DNA of 64,000 nt from Podarcis cretensis (lineage: Eukaryota), in the NCBI GenBank assembly GCA_951804945.1, contig OX638154.1, positions 50,282,001 through 50,346,000 on the forward strand. Reading direction: 5' to 3'. Both the position numbers and the translations under genes were made by a program. A model generated the notes under the pieces. The model saw only the letters and a program-made list of their open reading frames with translations, made no database searches and was not told the origin of the DNA. The first letter of the stretch is position 1. Every line of letters begins with the position of its first letter. Shown here piece by piece: positions 51,963-64,000 of this stretch.

Positions 51963-52902
51963 ATAATTGCTTTTGCCTCGCTTTTTTTCATTCTGGCGTC
52001 CATAACAACCTTTTGCCTGGAGACGCACGAAGCCTTCATCATAGATGTTAACGTGACTGAAACGCTGGTGACGGGCAACACAACCGAGACCTTTGTGATG
52101 CGAAAGCTGGAGACGGAACCCATCCTCACCTATGTTGAGGGAGTTTGTGTCCTGTGGTTCACTCTGGAGTTCCTAGTGCGCATTGTTTGCTGCCCAGATA
52201 AATTGGTCTTCATCAAGAACCTTCTTAACATCATAGACTTTGTAGCCATCTTGCCCTTCTATCTGGAGGTGGGACTCAGTGGCCTATCATCCAAAGCTGC
52301 ACGGGATGTGCTGGGCTTCCTGAGGGTAGTACGTTTTGTTCGGATCCTGCGGATCTTCAAGTTGACACGCCATTTTGTGGGGCTTCGGGTACTGGGCCAT
52401 ACACTTCGGGCCAGTACCAATGAGTTCCTCCTCCTTATCATCTTTCTGGCTCTGGGGGTTTTGATCTTTGCCACCATGATTTACTACGCTGAAAGGATTG
52501 GAGCCAAGCCATCTGATCCGAGTGGAAGTGAGCACACCCACTTTAAGAATATTCCCATTGGATTCTGGTGGGCAGTGGTGACCATGACCACATTGGGCTA
52601 TGGCGACATGTACCCCAAAACCTGGTCGGGCATGCTGGTGGGGGCTCTTTGTGCACTGGCAGGGGTGCTTACCATTGCCATGCCTGTCCCAGTTATTGTC
52701 AACAATTTTGGAATGTATTATTCATTGGCGATGGCCAAGCAGAAGCTGCCAAAGAAGAAAAAGAAGCATATACCTCGCCCAGCGCCGCTTGACTCACCAA
52801 CGTACTGCAAGTCAGAAGGCAACTCGCCCCGCAACAGCATTCAGAGTTACAACAGCCCTCCGGCAGCTGCAACGGCAGGGGTGATAGAGAGAAAAAGATC
52901 AG
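51963..52902 (+). CDS. KCNC4: KCNC4 coding exon 2: S1-S6, pore and proximal C-terminus
   Basis: cctgcag|[25 protein letters not shown]; S4 [18 protein letters not shown]; pore [12 protein letters not shown]; PVP hinge; ends ERKRS, then G|GTGAGG (940 nt, phase 1). Confidence 0.98.
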
Positions 52903-54541
52903 GTGAGGTGCAAGAGCTTGGGCTGAGCTAAAGCCAGAGAGAAAAAAATTGGTGGTAGGAGACTAGAAGCAGCTAAATACCTTGCAGAAACTACCAGTAA
53001 ATAGGTAGATTCTCCATCATGTATGTTCCTCCATTAGGTCACTCATATCATGATGCTGAATTCATAGTTAAAACAGAAGTTGGCTTTGAACAATTCTCTC
53101 CTTCTATTAAATGTTCCCTTTTGTGTTTATGGATCAGGGTAATTGGATATGTTTAGCCAAAGCTTCTGACTTGGTCAGCATGTCAGCATGGTCTCATTGT
53201 ACCAGCTAGATCTTGAGCCAAATTCTCTACTTTGATGTAAATGAGAAGTAGCTTTATTCAATGAATGACTTTGTTCTCAATATCTAATGGCTCCATGTAG
53301 CATCAAAATTAGCAAGTGTTTGCTGGGGGGGGCAGAGATGCATTATGATCAATGATCAAAGACATTATGATACATTTTCACCAATGGCCTGCTTGCACTA
53401 TTTATTTAATACATTTATTTTATTAATTAGTTAAATTTCTATACTGCCCTTCATCTAAGGATCAGGGGGTGGTTTACAATATAAAAAAACAAAAATATGT
53501 AACATAGTAACAAACAAAAACAATAACCCTGCCCCCATAGTTTAAATGGCCATAGATTATTTAATTAGCTGAAGGCCTGAGAAAAGATATGCATCAAAGT
53601 CGCCAGGTGAGCCTCCCTTGGGAGAGCACTCCACAAACAGGGAGTCACCACAGAAAAGGCCCATTTTCAACTGGAGAGGACACACAAAGAAGGGCTAATC
53701 TTCCAAGTGCCAAATCACAAACAGAAATCCCTGAGCTGCTGAAGAGAGTGAATCCTCAGCATAACTACTCTCATATCTCAGTGTCCAAAGCCACTCAGTA
53801 TCATGTGAAACACAAGGGAAAAGTACGTTCCATGGATCACTGCAAGGGGCAGTGCTGGCATGCCTCTCTCAGGGGAGTTGTGCAAGCTTCTCCTTTGGAC
53901 ATTACTCCAAGGATGTTCTCCTTTTAGAACCTGTGGGGACCCTGATCTGGATCATGCCCTGATGGCAGGGGCAGGGGCAGAGGGGAGAGCTAAGCTGTTC
54001 CCTTTATGCTGTTTTCCCGCGGAAAATCACCCCCTCCCAGCTGCTATTTGTCCCCCAAAGCTGCTATTTGCTGCTGTTAATAGTGCAGAAAGATTCCACA
54101 GAGAAACTGGGAGGTGGGGGTGGGAGGCATAACAATCCCCTGTTCATGGTACTTCCCATGACTGCTTTGAACCATGGGATTCAAATAGGTTAAGCAGTTT
54201 GTGCAGTTTGACCATGTAAAAGCAAAAGAAGATGCCACTTGACCTTTTCTGCAGCAGCAAGTATTGATAAAGGGTGCTCTTCAGCACCCCAGAGTCAGCC
54301 AAGTAGCCCTTGATATATGTCATGCGTGTGGAAAGCTTGTGAACATGACAGGCAGGTGATTTGTTTCTGATTGTTGCAGTGCTTTCCCCTTTCAGCAGCT
54401 GGCACTTGTTGTTAAGCGAGGCATAGTTGCTGCCCAGGGCTGTGGCTCTCTAAGGGATTCCTCTTGCAGGCTCCTGTCTAGCAGTCGGGAGTGCTCTGGG
54501 ACCTCTGTGACGATCCTAAGTGTACAGCACCACTTAAAGGG

Positions 54542-54544
<3 letters not shown>

Positions 54545-54587
<43 letters not shown>
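54545..54587. repeat. (GA)n microsatellite
   Basis: About 21 GA units. Confidence 0.95.
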
Positions 54588-54589
<2 letters not shown>

Positions 54590-56838
54590 AGCTTTATTGT
54601 CCTTTGCCACAACAGAGGCAAGAATTTGCATGCAAGAGCCTTCCAGTAAATGAGTCCTAAAGAAACTGCCCATGCACATGTCCACAGGCATGAATGGAAC
54701 TCAGAAGAGCATTGATAACAGTAGAACTGGAGCATCTAACACCCGCTGAGGATCTGCCTTGAATGGATTCTCTCTAGATTTAGTAATAACAAAGGGCTTT
54801 CAGACACAGGTCTCAGGAGGATGTCCTTGGCTCACCCGCCACATCACTGCTAGCAGGAAGCCAGCCTTTCAATTTTCTTCTTAAGATTTCCCACCTTGTT
54901 AGTGGCCAGATAATGCTTTTAGGCTGGCCTGTCAAAGAGGCTCAATGGCAGGCTGATTGTAGCCATTCTCAAGTGCCAGTCTTGCCACCCAGATGAAGGA
55001 AGCTGTCCAGATATACAAGCTCTGTTACTGGCAGAAAGCTGGACCAGGTATGACACAACTAGCATAACTGGCACTAACTGGCCTTCTTGAGGAATCTAAG
55101 AACGTCAGAGCATGGCTGTTGAGCAGCTCACTTGGTTTCTTCAGACTGTGGCATTGGTATGAGGTAATGAGTAGCACACCTGTCTATGAACTGGAACAGG
55201 ACTGTAGGGACGGAATGTAATCAGAGGCATCTCATACGAGGCTTATCAAGTACCTGATACAGTAAGCTGCTTGCAGGAGACTCCAGTTTCTGTAGAAACC
55301 ATAGAGCCATTGCCATAGCAGTAACATTTGCTATATTGGCAGGCAGTTTCTGCAAGCGCTCTCTCTTTCTGCAGAGTTATGGGGAGGAGTTTAATGTAGC
55401 ACTAAGCAGCTTGCTCCACCAGTGCAAGCATTTATATTTGCCTAATGGAACCATCTGCCCTCTCCTCTCCTTGTGCCCTATTCTGTGGGTTCTAAACCCA
55501 CAAACCAATTGGGGATGTGGGGCATGTGAGGGCAGAGAAGGGTGATGGGGAAGATGCCCCATTGTGCTAGTGGAAGCCATTGCATTATAGAGTCAAATCT
55601 TCCATATGCATTACATTTTCTATAGCATACAGTATTTGATAACAGTATTGGGGAGTATTTGGTATGATATGTTTTGCATTGGCGAAAGAGCTGAATGCAG
55701 ACCACCACTACCCCCAAATCTGAAAGACAAGAATTTGATCCTAGATTGTATTGGAAGCATCCCAGGATCATGGCCAGACCATCCGATGGTATAAACTTGA
55801 AGGGAGATGGCGGGAGAAGAACAACTGCCTTGTTTCCCACAGCACTGAGGGACTTAAAGTACATGACTGAGTTGCAACTTGGTAGGTCTAACCTGTGCTG
55901 CCCATGTAGTCTCCACACTACGGCTGCTGCTTTAGCATCAAGAGAGCATTACCCTTCCCTACTCCCCTCCATACTGTGCAGCTGCCAGGTATGCCTCATC
56001 TTCTCCAAGGACCTTTGCCCTTGCGCTAATGTCCACTTTGCATCTTCTCAGAGGCATCCTGTCAGCCACTGTGAGAACAGGATGCTGAACTAGATGGACC
56101 ACTGGCCTGATCTAGCAGTCTCACCTTATGTTCTTATGTCTACCTGCTTGCACAACAAAAACCTGCTTTTGTAATGGGACTTGTGGCTTCTCTTCTTCCC
56201 CTCCAACCCCTTGCACATATCCCCAAATCTGCACCAGAGCAGATTTTGTGGGAACCTGGGAGAGAAGTGCAGGGGAGAAAAGGAAGGAGAAGCCTTGGGT
56301 GCGCCATGGATGCGCTGGTTATGCTATGTTGGCTCTTTCAGTAGCATATGCCTAACATTTTCCAGCAAAGTGAAGATTTACTTCAGATTCACTGCCTCTT
56401 TTTTTCTCTACAGAACTCCTCAGTTTGCAAGGTGAAAGAAGAGCTTAGGGACAATAACCTCCCCACCCCAATTTATTTCATTTATATCCCATATTTTTCT
56501 CCAAGGAGCTTGAGGTGGTGTACATAGTTCTCCCTCAGTTAAATCCCACAGCAGCGCTGTGAGATAGGTTGTGAGGCAATGACTGGCCCAAGGTCACCCA
56601 GTCAGCTTTATGGCTGAATGGGGATTTGAACCCTAGTCTCCCAGGTCCTAGTCTGACACTAACCACTAAGCCCGCCCGCCCATTGCTTCACACACTGTGG
56701 GGAGCGAACTCTCACTGAGCCTGCCAGAAGGTTTTCCAGAACCTTCTGTGGTTTTCGCTTCTTTGCCAAGCAGGTACAGATCCAGTCTCCTCTCCCCCGA
56801 AACACTTACCTCTTTGCCTATTCTTTCTCCTTTCCAAG

Positions 56839-57024
56839 ATACCAAGCAGAACGGCGATGCCAACGTGGTGCTGTCAGATGAGGAGCAGCCTCTTTCGCCG
56901 CCTCACGAGGAGAACCAGCCCATGAGGCGCTCCAGTACCAGGGACAAAAACAAGAAAGCAGCTACCTGCTTTCTTCTGAGTGCTGGAGATTTCTCTTCCA
57001 CTGCTGATGGTGGCATCCGGAAAG
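56839..57024 (+). CDS. KCNC4: KCNC4 coding exon 3 (reads through to a stop at 57041 if unspliced)
   Basis: Pyrimidine tract ttctttctcctttccAAG|AT ACC AAG; (D)[15 protein letters not shown]...[33 protein letters not shown], then G|GTATGA. Matches the Kv3.4 distal C-terminus. Confidence 0.93.
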
Positions 57025-59567
57025 GTATGAAGGAGACCTAGAGGCAAGCGCCGGTGGATGGAGGGGAGGTTGTGGATGAAAGAAACATGAGGCAGGAATC
57101 CCAGCTGGGCTGCTTTGCAGTCTTTGTCACAGCTGAAAAGGGAAGAAAATACTGCTTTTTAAAGCCCACAGCCCTTCATGCTCTTTTCCTGCCTGTGATA
57201 GAGTTGCCAGGTTGGGACCTGGAGGACGTTTATATAAGTCTCCCAGTGAAGCAGTAAACAAAGGTCGCATCCATCCCATGTATTTAACCACTTTAGCAGT
57301 CACAGCTTACCTCCAAAAGCACCCTGGGAACTGTAATTTGCTAAGTGTGCTGGGAATTGTAGCTTTGTGAGGGGTCTCCTCTCAGCACCCTTCATGAAAT
57401 CCAGTTCCCAGGATGCCTTGGGTGGGGGGAGGCACATCTGTTAAAATATCCTAAGAGTGATTCAGAAAATGGCATGGATGTGACCAGGGCAGCCATGGCA
57501 TCTCCTTCCCTCTACCTTCTTGGTCCTGTCAGCAACCCTCCTCTGTCACCTGCTGCGGCAAGCAAGACTCCAGGTATGGTTGGGAAGAGGATGGAGGGCA
57601 AGATCAGGGAGGTAATGCATGAGAGAAGCTGTAGCTGTCTTGCCCCTCACGGCAACAAGAGATTTCAAGGCATATGAACACTCGGGCTGCGGCTCCGTTT
57701 GCCCACAAGAAGCAATACTCTCCTCTTACATTCAGGTAGCGCATCAGAACTATCTTTAACCAAAGTCACACCTGGTTTGTGCTTCTGTTCCATCTCCAAC
57801 TATTTAGGCTATGTAGCTCATGTCCTTGGAGCAGATTTGTCAAGGTGTTCAGGCTGGGTTTCATAACCTTCCACCTCACCTACTTTCTTTCAATTTTCAT
57901 CAGACTTTGAGAGTGGCTGTATTTGATTTTACTCTTCTTCATTTCTTCATCCATCTGTCCCACCATATGTCTGCACCAGAGCCCCTCTAGAGATGGTCCT
58001 TCACAGTTTCTTTTCTCATGGTTTGTTGCCCCTTGTTCTTCCTTGATGTCGCTTTAACTACTCTTTGTGCAATGCTTGCCTCTGTGTGCTTCCTCTTCTT
58101 TGACTGTAGGCTGTTATTTTGGTTAACAGCTATTTTACATGCTGAAGAGGCCCAAATAATGCCTATGTACTCTTACATTTTCATTGAAGTGTGAAAAAAT
58201 ATCAGGTTGCACACAGCCTCCATCTCTGAGGGAATATAGAAACCGTTGGAGCTGTATAATGTCATGAAAAACAAACAAATAAAATGAGGTGTCTGCTTGT
58301 AGGGCAGAGTACGTGGATGCATAGGTAGAAAGAAGAGAAACAGTGAAAATGGAGGAGAAATGAGACAATAGGGTGAGGACATTGAGAGAGATACATACAC
58401 ACAAATATAGGCAATAGTTCTGGAAAGTGAGTAGCTGCTTAACTGTGGTATCAAATTTCACATGGGGGGGGGGTTTCCTTAGAATTGTTACATTAATCAC
58501 AACATTTTCAGATCCACCAAGCATCTCCATTTTCCAGGGACAGTCCAGGATTTACAGAAGCCACCCCGGTTTCTGATCTGATCCCAGAATATCTTGCTTC
58601 TCCTTAGAACGTCCCTATTTCCATAGGAGAAATGTTGGAGGGTATGGAGTTATCCAACCCCAAGCCATCTGAAGGACACTTGCTTGCATCTGTCCCTTAC
58701 ATCTTTCTTTCAGATTTGCCTTTGCATAGAGACTCAGGTTAAATGCATTTATCTGATTCCCTTCCACTTTATCTATTAAGTCCGTCTACCTGTTTAGTTA
58801 ACTTCCTCCAGTCTCTGCTCTATTTATGCCTGCCAGCCTTTATTCCAAATGGCTTTTTAATATCCCTTCTCAGCAATAAAGGCATATTTTTCTCTGATTT
58901 ACAACTCTTGTCCTTGTTAATATCCTATGAGTTGAGAGCATTTGAGCTCTGATTTACACTAGCAAGCATAGGAGAACAGTGGGTAGATTTTTAAAAAAGT
59001 GAAGCAGTTCACCGTAACTAGCCTGGGTAAGTTTATTGATTTCAATAACACCAGCAGTCAGCAGCTATTGGCAGTACTTTTAAGACAGACACATTTGAGA
59101 AAACATAATCAAATAAGGCTGAGTCATTAGTATGAGCAGTTCTGCTGGCTCTGTGCCTCTTTGTTGAGAACTGAAAAGCAAGCCATAGCTCAAGGATAGG
59201 GAGCCTGTGGCCCTGTTCTTGTTGCTAGACTACAGCTCACATCTTTCATGATCACTGGCGAAGTCCAACAACCACTGGGCCCCCCCACAACTTTCCCTTC
59301 CCAGCCGCGTAGATTTGAAGCCTTGGCAACATGCAGAAGCAGTCACACTCTGGGGAATGGCTTCGACCGGCCAGCTAAGCCAGGTGTTGGTAGCCAATGG
59401 GTCTCAAACCCTTGGTAAATTAGGGACTTCCTCTGCATGTGAAGAAAGGCTCCAGCAGATGGAGTGGACAAGACCAATAGTGGATCCAATGGTCAGGGAA
59501 GCTGTATTTGCATGTGATATAGAGGCAAGATGGGACTTGTCCACCTTGGAACGTTGTTCATCTAGGA

Positions 59568-59699
59568 CAGCGGTTCTCAACCTGTGGGTCCCCAGATGTT
59601 GTTGGACCACAACTCCCATCATCCCTGACCTCTGGCCAGATGTTGTTGGACTACAACTCCCATCATCCCTGAGCTCAACCCACAGGTTGAGAAAGGCTG
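59568..59699. mobile_element. hAT-type MITE (132 bp)
   Basis: CAGCGGTTCTCAACCTGTGG...CCACAGGTTGAGAAAGGCTG with a perfect 8-bp TSD ATCTAGGA. Confidence 0.9.
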
Positions 59700-60290
59700 A
59701 TCTAGGAGAAGGAAAGCTCTGACCCTAAACCTCCACTGCCTTGCAGATCATCTTTAAGAAAAGGCTAAGGAGCAAACCCTTCACAAATCTGGAGTGGGAT
59801 CACCAGATACTGTTTCAGTATCTGCTCATCCCTGTCTCCAAATCTGCAGGTCAGCCTGTCTTGTTCCTGTCTGACCTATGAAGTCGACAGGGACCAGTAT
59901 GGGGTGTGTAGCCTTCAGAGGTAGCATCCCACAGTGAACACTTGGACTTGTCCCAAGAGGAAAGGATAGGTGTCTGTCTCAGGAAACATCTAGCTGCATT
60001 CTCCAGTGCTCAACTGGGGACATGAGAAGCTGGTACTGGTGCCACCTACCTGCAAAGAAGTAGCAGAGGAGTTTCCATGCTTTCATAGCATGGTGAGGTG
60101 AGCATCAACAAGGTTGCAACAATACTTTCATTTGGGACTGGTATCCAGACAGGGACTAAGAAGGGTATTTTGAGCAGGCTGTTTAGATCATGACATGTTT
60201 CTGTTGCTAGCTTATAACAGTCTAGTTGCCCCTACTCATCATCTGGAAAGGCCCTAACTATGGGACTTGTGGATTGTATATATTAACACA

Positions 60291-60346
<56 letters not shown>
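60291..60346. repeat. Compound (CT)n(AT)n(AG)n microsatellite
   Basis: Seen directly; the arrangement is self-complementary. Confidence 0.95.
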
Positions 60347-61266
60347 TTATATATTAATTATATATTATATTTTAACTATATTTAAAATGCAGATGATCAA
60401 ACCACATATGAGATATTTACATTTGATGTACAATGTAAATCACACCTTTGTTTCTGTGAGTGTAGTGGGTCTCTGTTGCAAGAAAGGATCGTTTAAAAGC
60501 ATACTGAGGGTCTTGGATTCAGTCCATGATGGGTCTCCTGTGCTTGTAAATAGTTCTGCAGAACCAGGAGTTATATTGGGTGCTGCTTCTTACAACAGCA
60601 GAAGACTGTGGGCTGCTATTGATTCTGGCAGTCCTCAGCTGAGCTCGATGGTGTATGTCTAAGTGCACATACATGGATGTGGAAGTGAGTAATTGATCAT
60701 GAGGCAATGCAACTCATTTCATGTCTCTTTCTCCAGCATTAACGTATGCCCATAAATCTGTGTGCTTCTGTGCGATGAGTGCCTGCACGCCGAACCTATG
60801 AAGTATTGTGATACCAAAGAATGATCTCAGCTCCCTTCCTGGTGGCCCAGATCTCTTTGTGAAATGCCTTCACGCAGTTCCCTGGCAACAAACAAAACCC
60901 ATTTTTAACCACTTAGGGTGACTTCAACCAGCATCTGTATGCATTGCTGGGAAAGCTGCCTGTCTAGTTAAGCTGCACTCATAGCAATTAGCAGAGCAAA
61001 CAAAGCAACAACAAAAACACCTTCTCACAACCATCTATTGCTTGGCAAATTTTCTTATAGTTGTTTCAGAAGTAGCTCTGGATCATGTGCTTTTTTTATA
61101 TCAGTTGCCTATGTCTGGACAGGAGTTTCACTTGCTCCTTCTTGACACAGATATCAAGAGAGAAAATGCAAATAAGTGCAGTCTGGTACAGTATAATTGT
61201 ATTCCAACACCATACTGCTTTTTTGGTTCTGGCATTTCCAGGTCAATGCAGGTTGGTTGTGAATTG

Positions 61267-61900
61267 GAGTCATGGAATTATAGAACTGGAAGGGACCACG
61301 AGGGTCATCTAGTCCAACCCCCTGCAATGCAGGAATTTCAGCTAAAGCATCCGTGACAGATGTCCATCCAACCTCTGCTTAAAAACCTCCAAGGAAGGAG
61401 AGTCCACCACCTCTCAAGGGAGTCTGTTCCACTGTGGAACAGCTCTTACTATCAAAAAGTTCTTCTTGATGTTTAGTTGGAATCTCCTGTCTTGTAACTT
61501 GAATCCATGGGTCCCTCAACCATTCCTCATAAGGCTTGGTTTCCAGACCCGTTATCATCTTGGTTGCCCTCCTCTGCACACATTCCAGCTTGTCAATGTC
61601 CTCCTTAAAGGGCGGTGCCCAGAACGGGACACAGTATTCCAGGTGTGGTCTATTACTTCCTTTGACTGGGACACTATACTTCTATTGATGCATCCTAGAA
61701 TAGCATTCATTTTTTGTTTTTTTGCTACTGCTGCTGCATCACATTGTTGATTTGTGTTAAGTTTGTTGTCTTCCAAGGCCCCTGGATCCCTTTCACATGT
61801 ACTACTGGCAAGGTGTCCCTCATCTTGTATTTGTGCAGCTGGTTGTTCCTGCCTAAGTGCAGAACCTGACATTTGTCCCTATTGAAATTCATTTTGTTAG
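61267..61900 (-). mobile_element. CR1 LINE 3' end
   Basis: Minus-strand peptides CERDPG...NQQCDAAA...[19 protein letters not shown] and [21 protein letters not shown]; CR1 terminus ttggactagatgaccc...cccttccagttctataattc. Confidence 0.88.
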
Positions 61901-61977
61901 TTTTGTTAGTTTGATGGCATCCATTTCAAAACTAGGTCACACCATGGAAACAGCACAACTGCAAGCACAGTCTGAAG

Positions 61978-62114
61978 CAGGACTGGGAAACCTGTGGCCC
62001 TCCAGATGTTGTTGAACTACAACTCCCATCATCCCTGATTGTTGGCCACACTGGCTGAGGCTGATGGGAGTTGGAGTCCACAGCATCTAGTGGACCACAA
62101 ATCCCCCACCCCTG
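61978..62114. mobile_element. Hairpin hAT-type MITE
   Basis: caggactgggaaacctgtggccctccagatgttgttgaactacaactccc...gggagttggagtccacagcatctagtggaccacaaatcccccacccctg. Confidence 0.8.
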
Positions 62115-62684
62115 GGTCCAAAGGCTTGTGGAGATATAACTATGACAGTGGCTGGTGTATGCCAGCATAAGGTATACAATTTGAAGTGAGCCTATTTTTA
62201 AAAAAAGGATAGCTGTCTTTTCAAAACTCCTGCTCCATTTGCTTCCCACGCTAACAGTTTAGCTTATGAAAGCTGAACTTATGCCATGGAGAGCTATTGT
62301 TTGGGCACAGCTTTAGGCACAAAAATTGAGCTGCCAACCTTTTATTCTGATTATTACTTCCCATCTATGCTGTGTAAAATGGAAATGCCTAAGAGGCTGG
62401 GCTCTGTCATGCTACACATCCCCTCCTTCTACACCCTCCCTCTTCCCCCACTGGTCTCTTTGCCCATCCTCCTCTCCTGCCTACTCTCAAACAAACACAC
62501 AAATATTGTACTGCTGATACTTATTACCATTGCAAAGTACAGTACAGACACAAACAACCAGCAGGACACTTAAGGCTGCCACAGGGCAGACAGGTGAGAA
62601 TGTGGCACAAGGGATGCCTCTGCTTTTGCTGCCTTGCAATGGTAGTCAAACCTGCTGCCCTCATGATGCCTCTTAGCTATCTCA

Positions 62685-62820
62685 TACAATCCTAGAGCTG
62701 GAAGGGAGCCTGAGGATCATAAAGTCCAAGCTCTTGCAATGCAGGAATATGCAGCAGTCAGGGATTGAACCTGCAACCTTGGCATTGTCAGCAACATGCT
62801 CTAACCAACTGAGTTATCCT
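62685..62820 (-). mobile_element. Second copy of the tRNA(Ile)-derived SINE
   Basis: Same layout as 3900-4042 (gaacctgcaaccttggcattgtcagcaacatgctctaaccaactgag). Confidence 0.65.
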
Positions 62821-64000
62821 GTTATCTTGGACTGCAGCTCCCACCAACCTCAGTTAGCATGGACATGTTGGCTGCGGCTTATGGGAGCTTTAGTCCAAAG
62901 CATTTGGAGGGGACCACGTTGGTGCAGACTGATCAAGGATTTCTAGACGGCCTGAGCCAGAAGATTCCTCAGCTTCTGCTTTCTAGCTGCACACATCCCT
63001 TTAACATCAAATGGAAATCATTATCGGATGTGGCTGAGCTTCCTGTTTCTGAAACTTGAGGAAGGTGAAAGATAGAGACTTCCATCAGCCTGTAATTCCT
63101 GTGCTTTGGTAGCTCTGAATGAACTCTGCACTACGCCAGTGAATAATTCGCTGCTTACATCCGAAAGGATTGTCAGGCACTTGTTCCATAAGGGCATACT
63201 TGGCACTTGTGCAATTTTTAAAAATTAAGTGTATTCATTTACCTATTAAGCTTGCCATTCTCAACACTTTGTGAGTCATGCAGTAAATATGCTTAACACT
63301 GCACACTCTGTTCATTGGAGAGAAATAGGATTCAGCTGATCAGAGAAATGATACATGCTTCTTTGTCATCACTCTGGTGTATCTGAGAAGAATATCATTA
63401 TTTGTAATCGGCTCAGCTGCATAGCACCCCGATGTGGAATAAGGCCAGTTTTGCAAGTCAGAAGTCACACAAGCATGCATTTGAGGGATTGGGTGCACTA
63501 CAGGTGATCAAATCCAAAGGAGGGTGTGGCATTTGGAACCTTAACAGTTATGCAGGTCAAGTTGCACTTGATGAAATGCTATCAAGGTACACTCAGGGCT
63601 TTCTCACCCATTGGGCAAAAACGGTCCACCACAGGTGTGCACAAGAGTCCAATCTGATAAGATGTGGGAGGTGAAATAGCATCCTTGATTAATTTAATTT
63701 TAATATAATTGTAGGAGGTGTAGTTTGCCCAATCATATTTAAATAATCAACTGTCAGCTTTGTTAATTCCTTCTGTTTTGTTATGACACCACCATTTAGG
63801 ATATTTTCAATAGGTTTTTTAAAGCACTACTGAGTTGAATCAGCAAATGGTTTTTTTTACCCTTGCTGAAATTTGTTTTCTTTTTTATTAGTTTCTACAT
63901 TTCCATCTTTTGCTCATCCAAAAGGAATGGCTTAACATCGAGGGCTGCATAAAACCCAAATAATCTATATACAGGAGCCTTATTCTGCTTCACATCTTAT

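Noticed and set aside
54280-54300. TTCAGCACC half-site in KCNC4 intron 2
   Set aside because: The right half (GGACAG) is missing, so it is not called an RE1.

Overview
Vertebrate genomic DNA. The repeat content (CR1, L2, Penelope-like tails, tRNA-derived SINEs, hairpin hAT and Tc1/mariner MITEs) points to a squamate, possibly a lacertid lizard (inference). Two neuronal genes lie head-to-tail on the + strand, in the same order as in mammals. (1) SLC6A17 (NTT4/B0AT3, a vesicular neutral amino-acid transporter): 11 coding exons, 9487-24542, all introns GT-AG and phase-compatible, 2178 nt = 725 aa. Its non-coding first exon lies upstream of the window and its 3'UTR is probably long. (2) KCNC4 (Kv3.4): a CpG island (~41150-43920) and three coding exons (43277-43918, 51963-52902, 56839-57024); the terminal exon is unresolved. 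I found no new gene or biological system. The most interesting signals are regulatory: a pair of RE1/NRSE (REST) sites in SLC6A17 intron 1; a candidate KCNC4 5'UTR intron enclosing a Cys-rich uORF; a weak/out-of-frame/strong AUG series that could control whether Kv3.4 carries its N-type inactivation ball; several candidate alternative C-terminal exons; and a PUF-motif plus G-quadruplex block about 6 kb past the SLC6A17 stop. Repeat boundaries without TSDs are approximate. Comparisons to human proteins are from memory.
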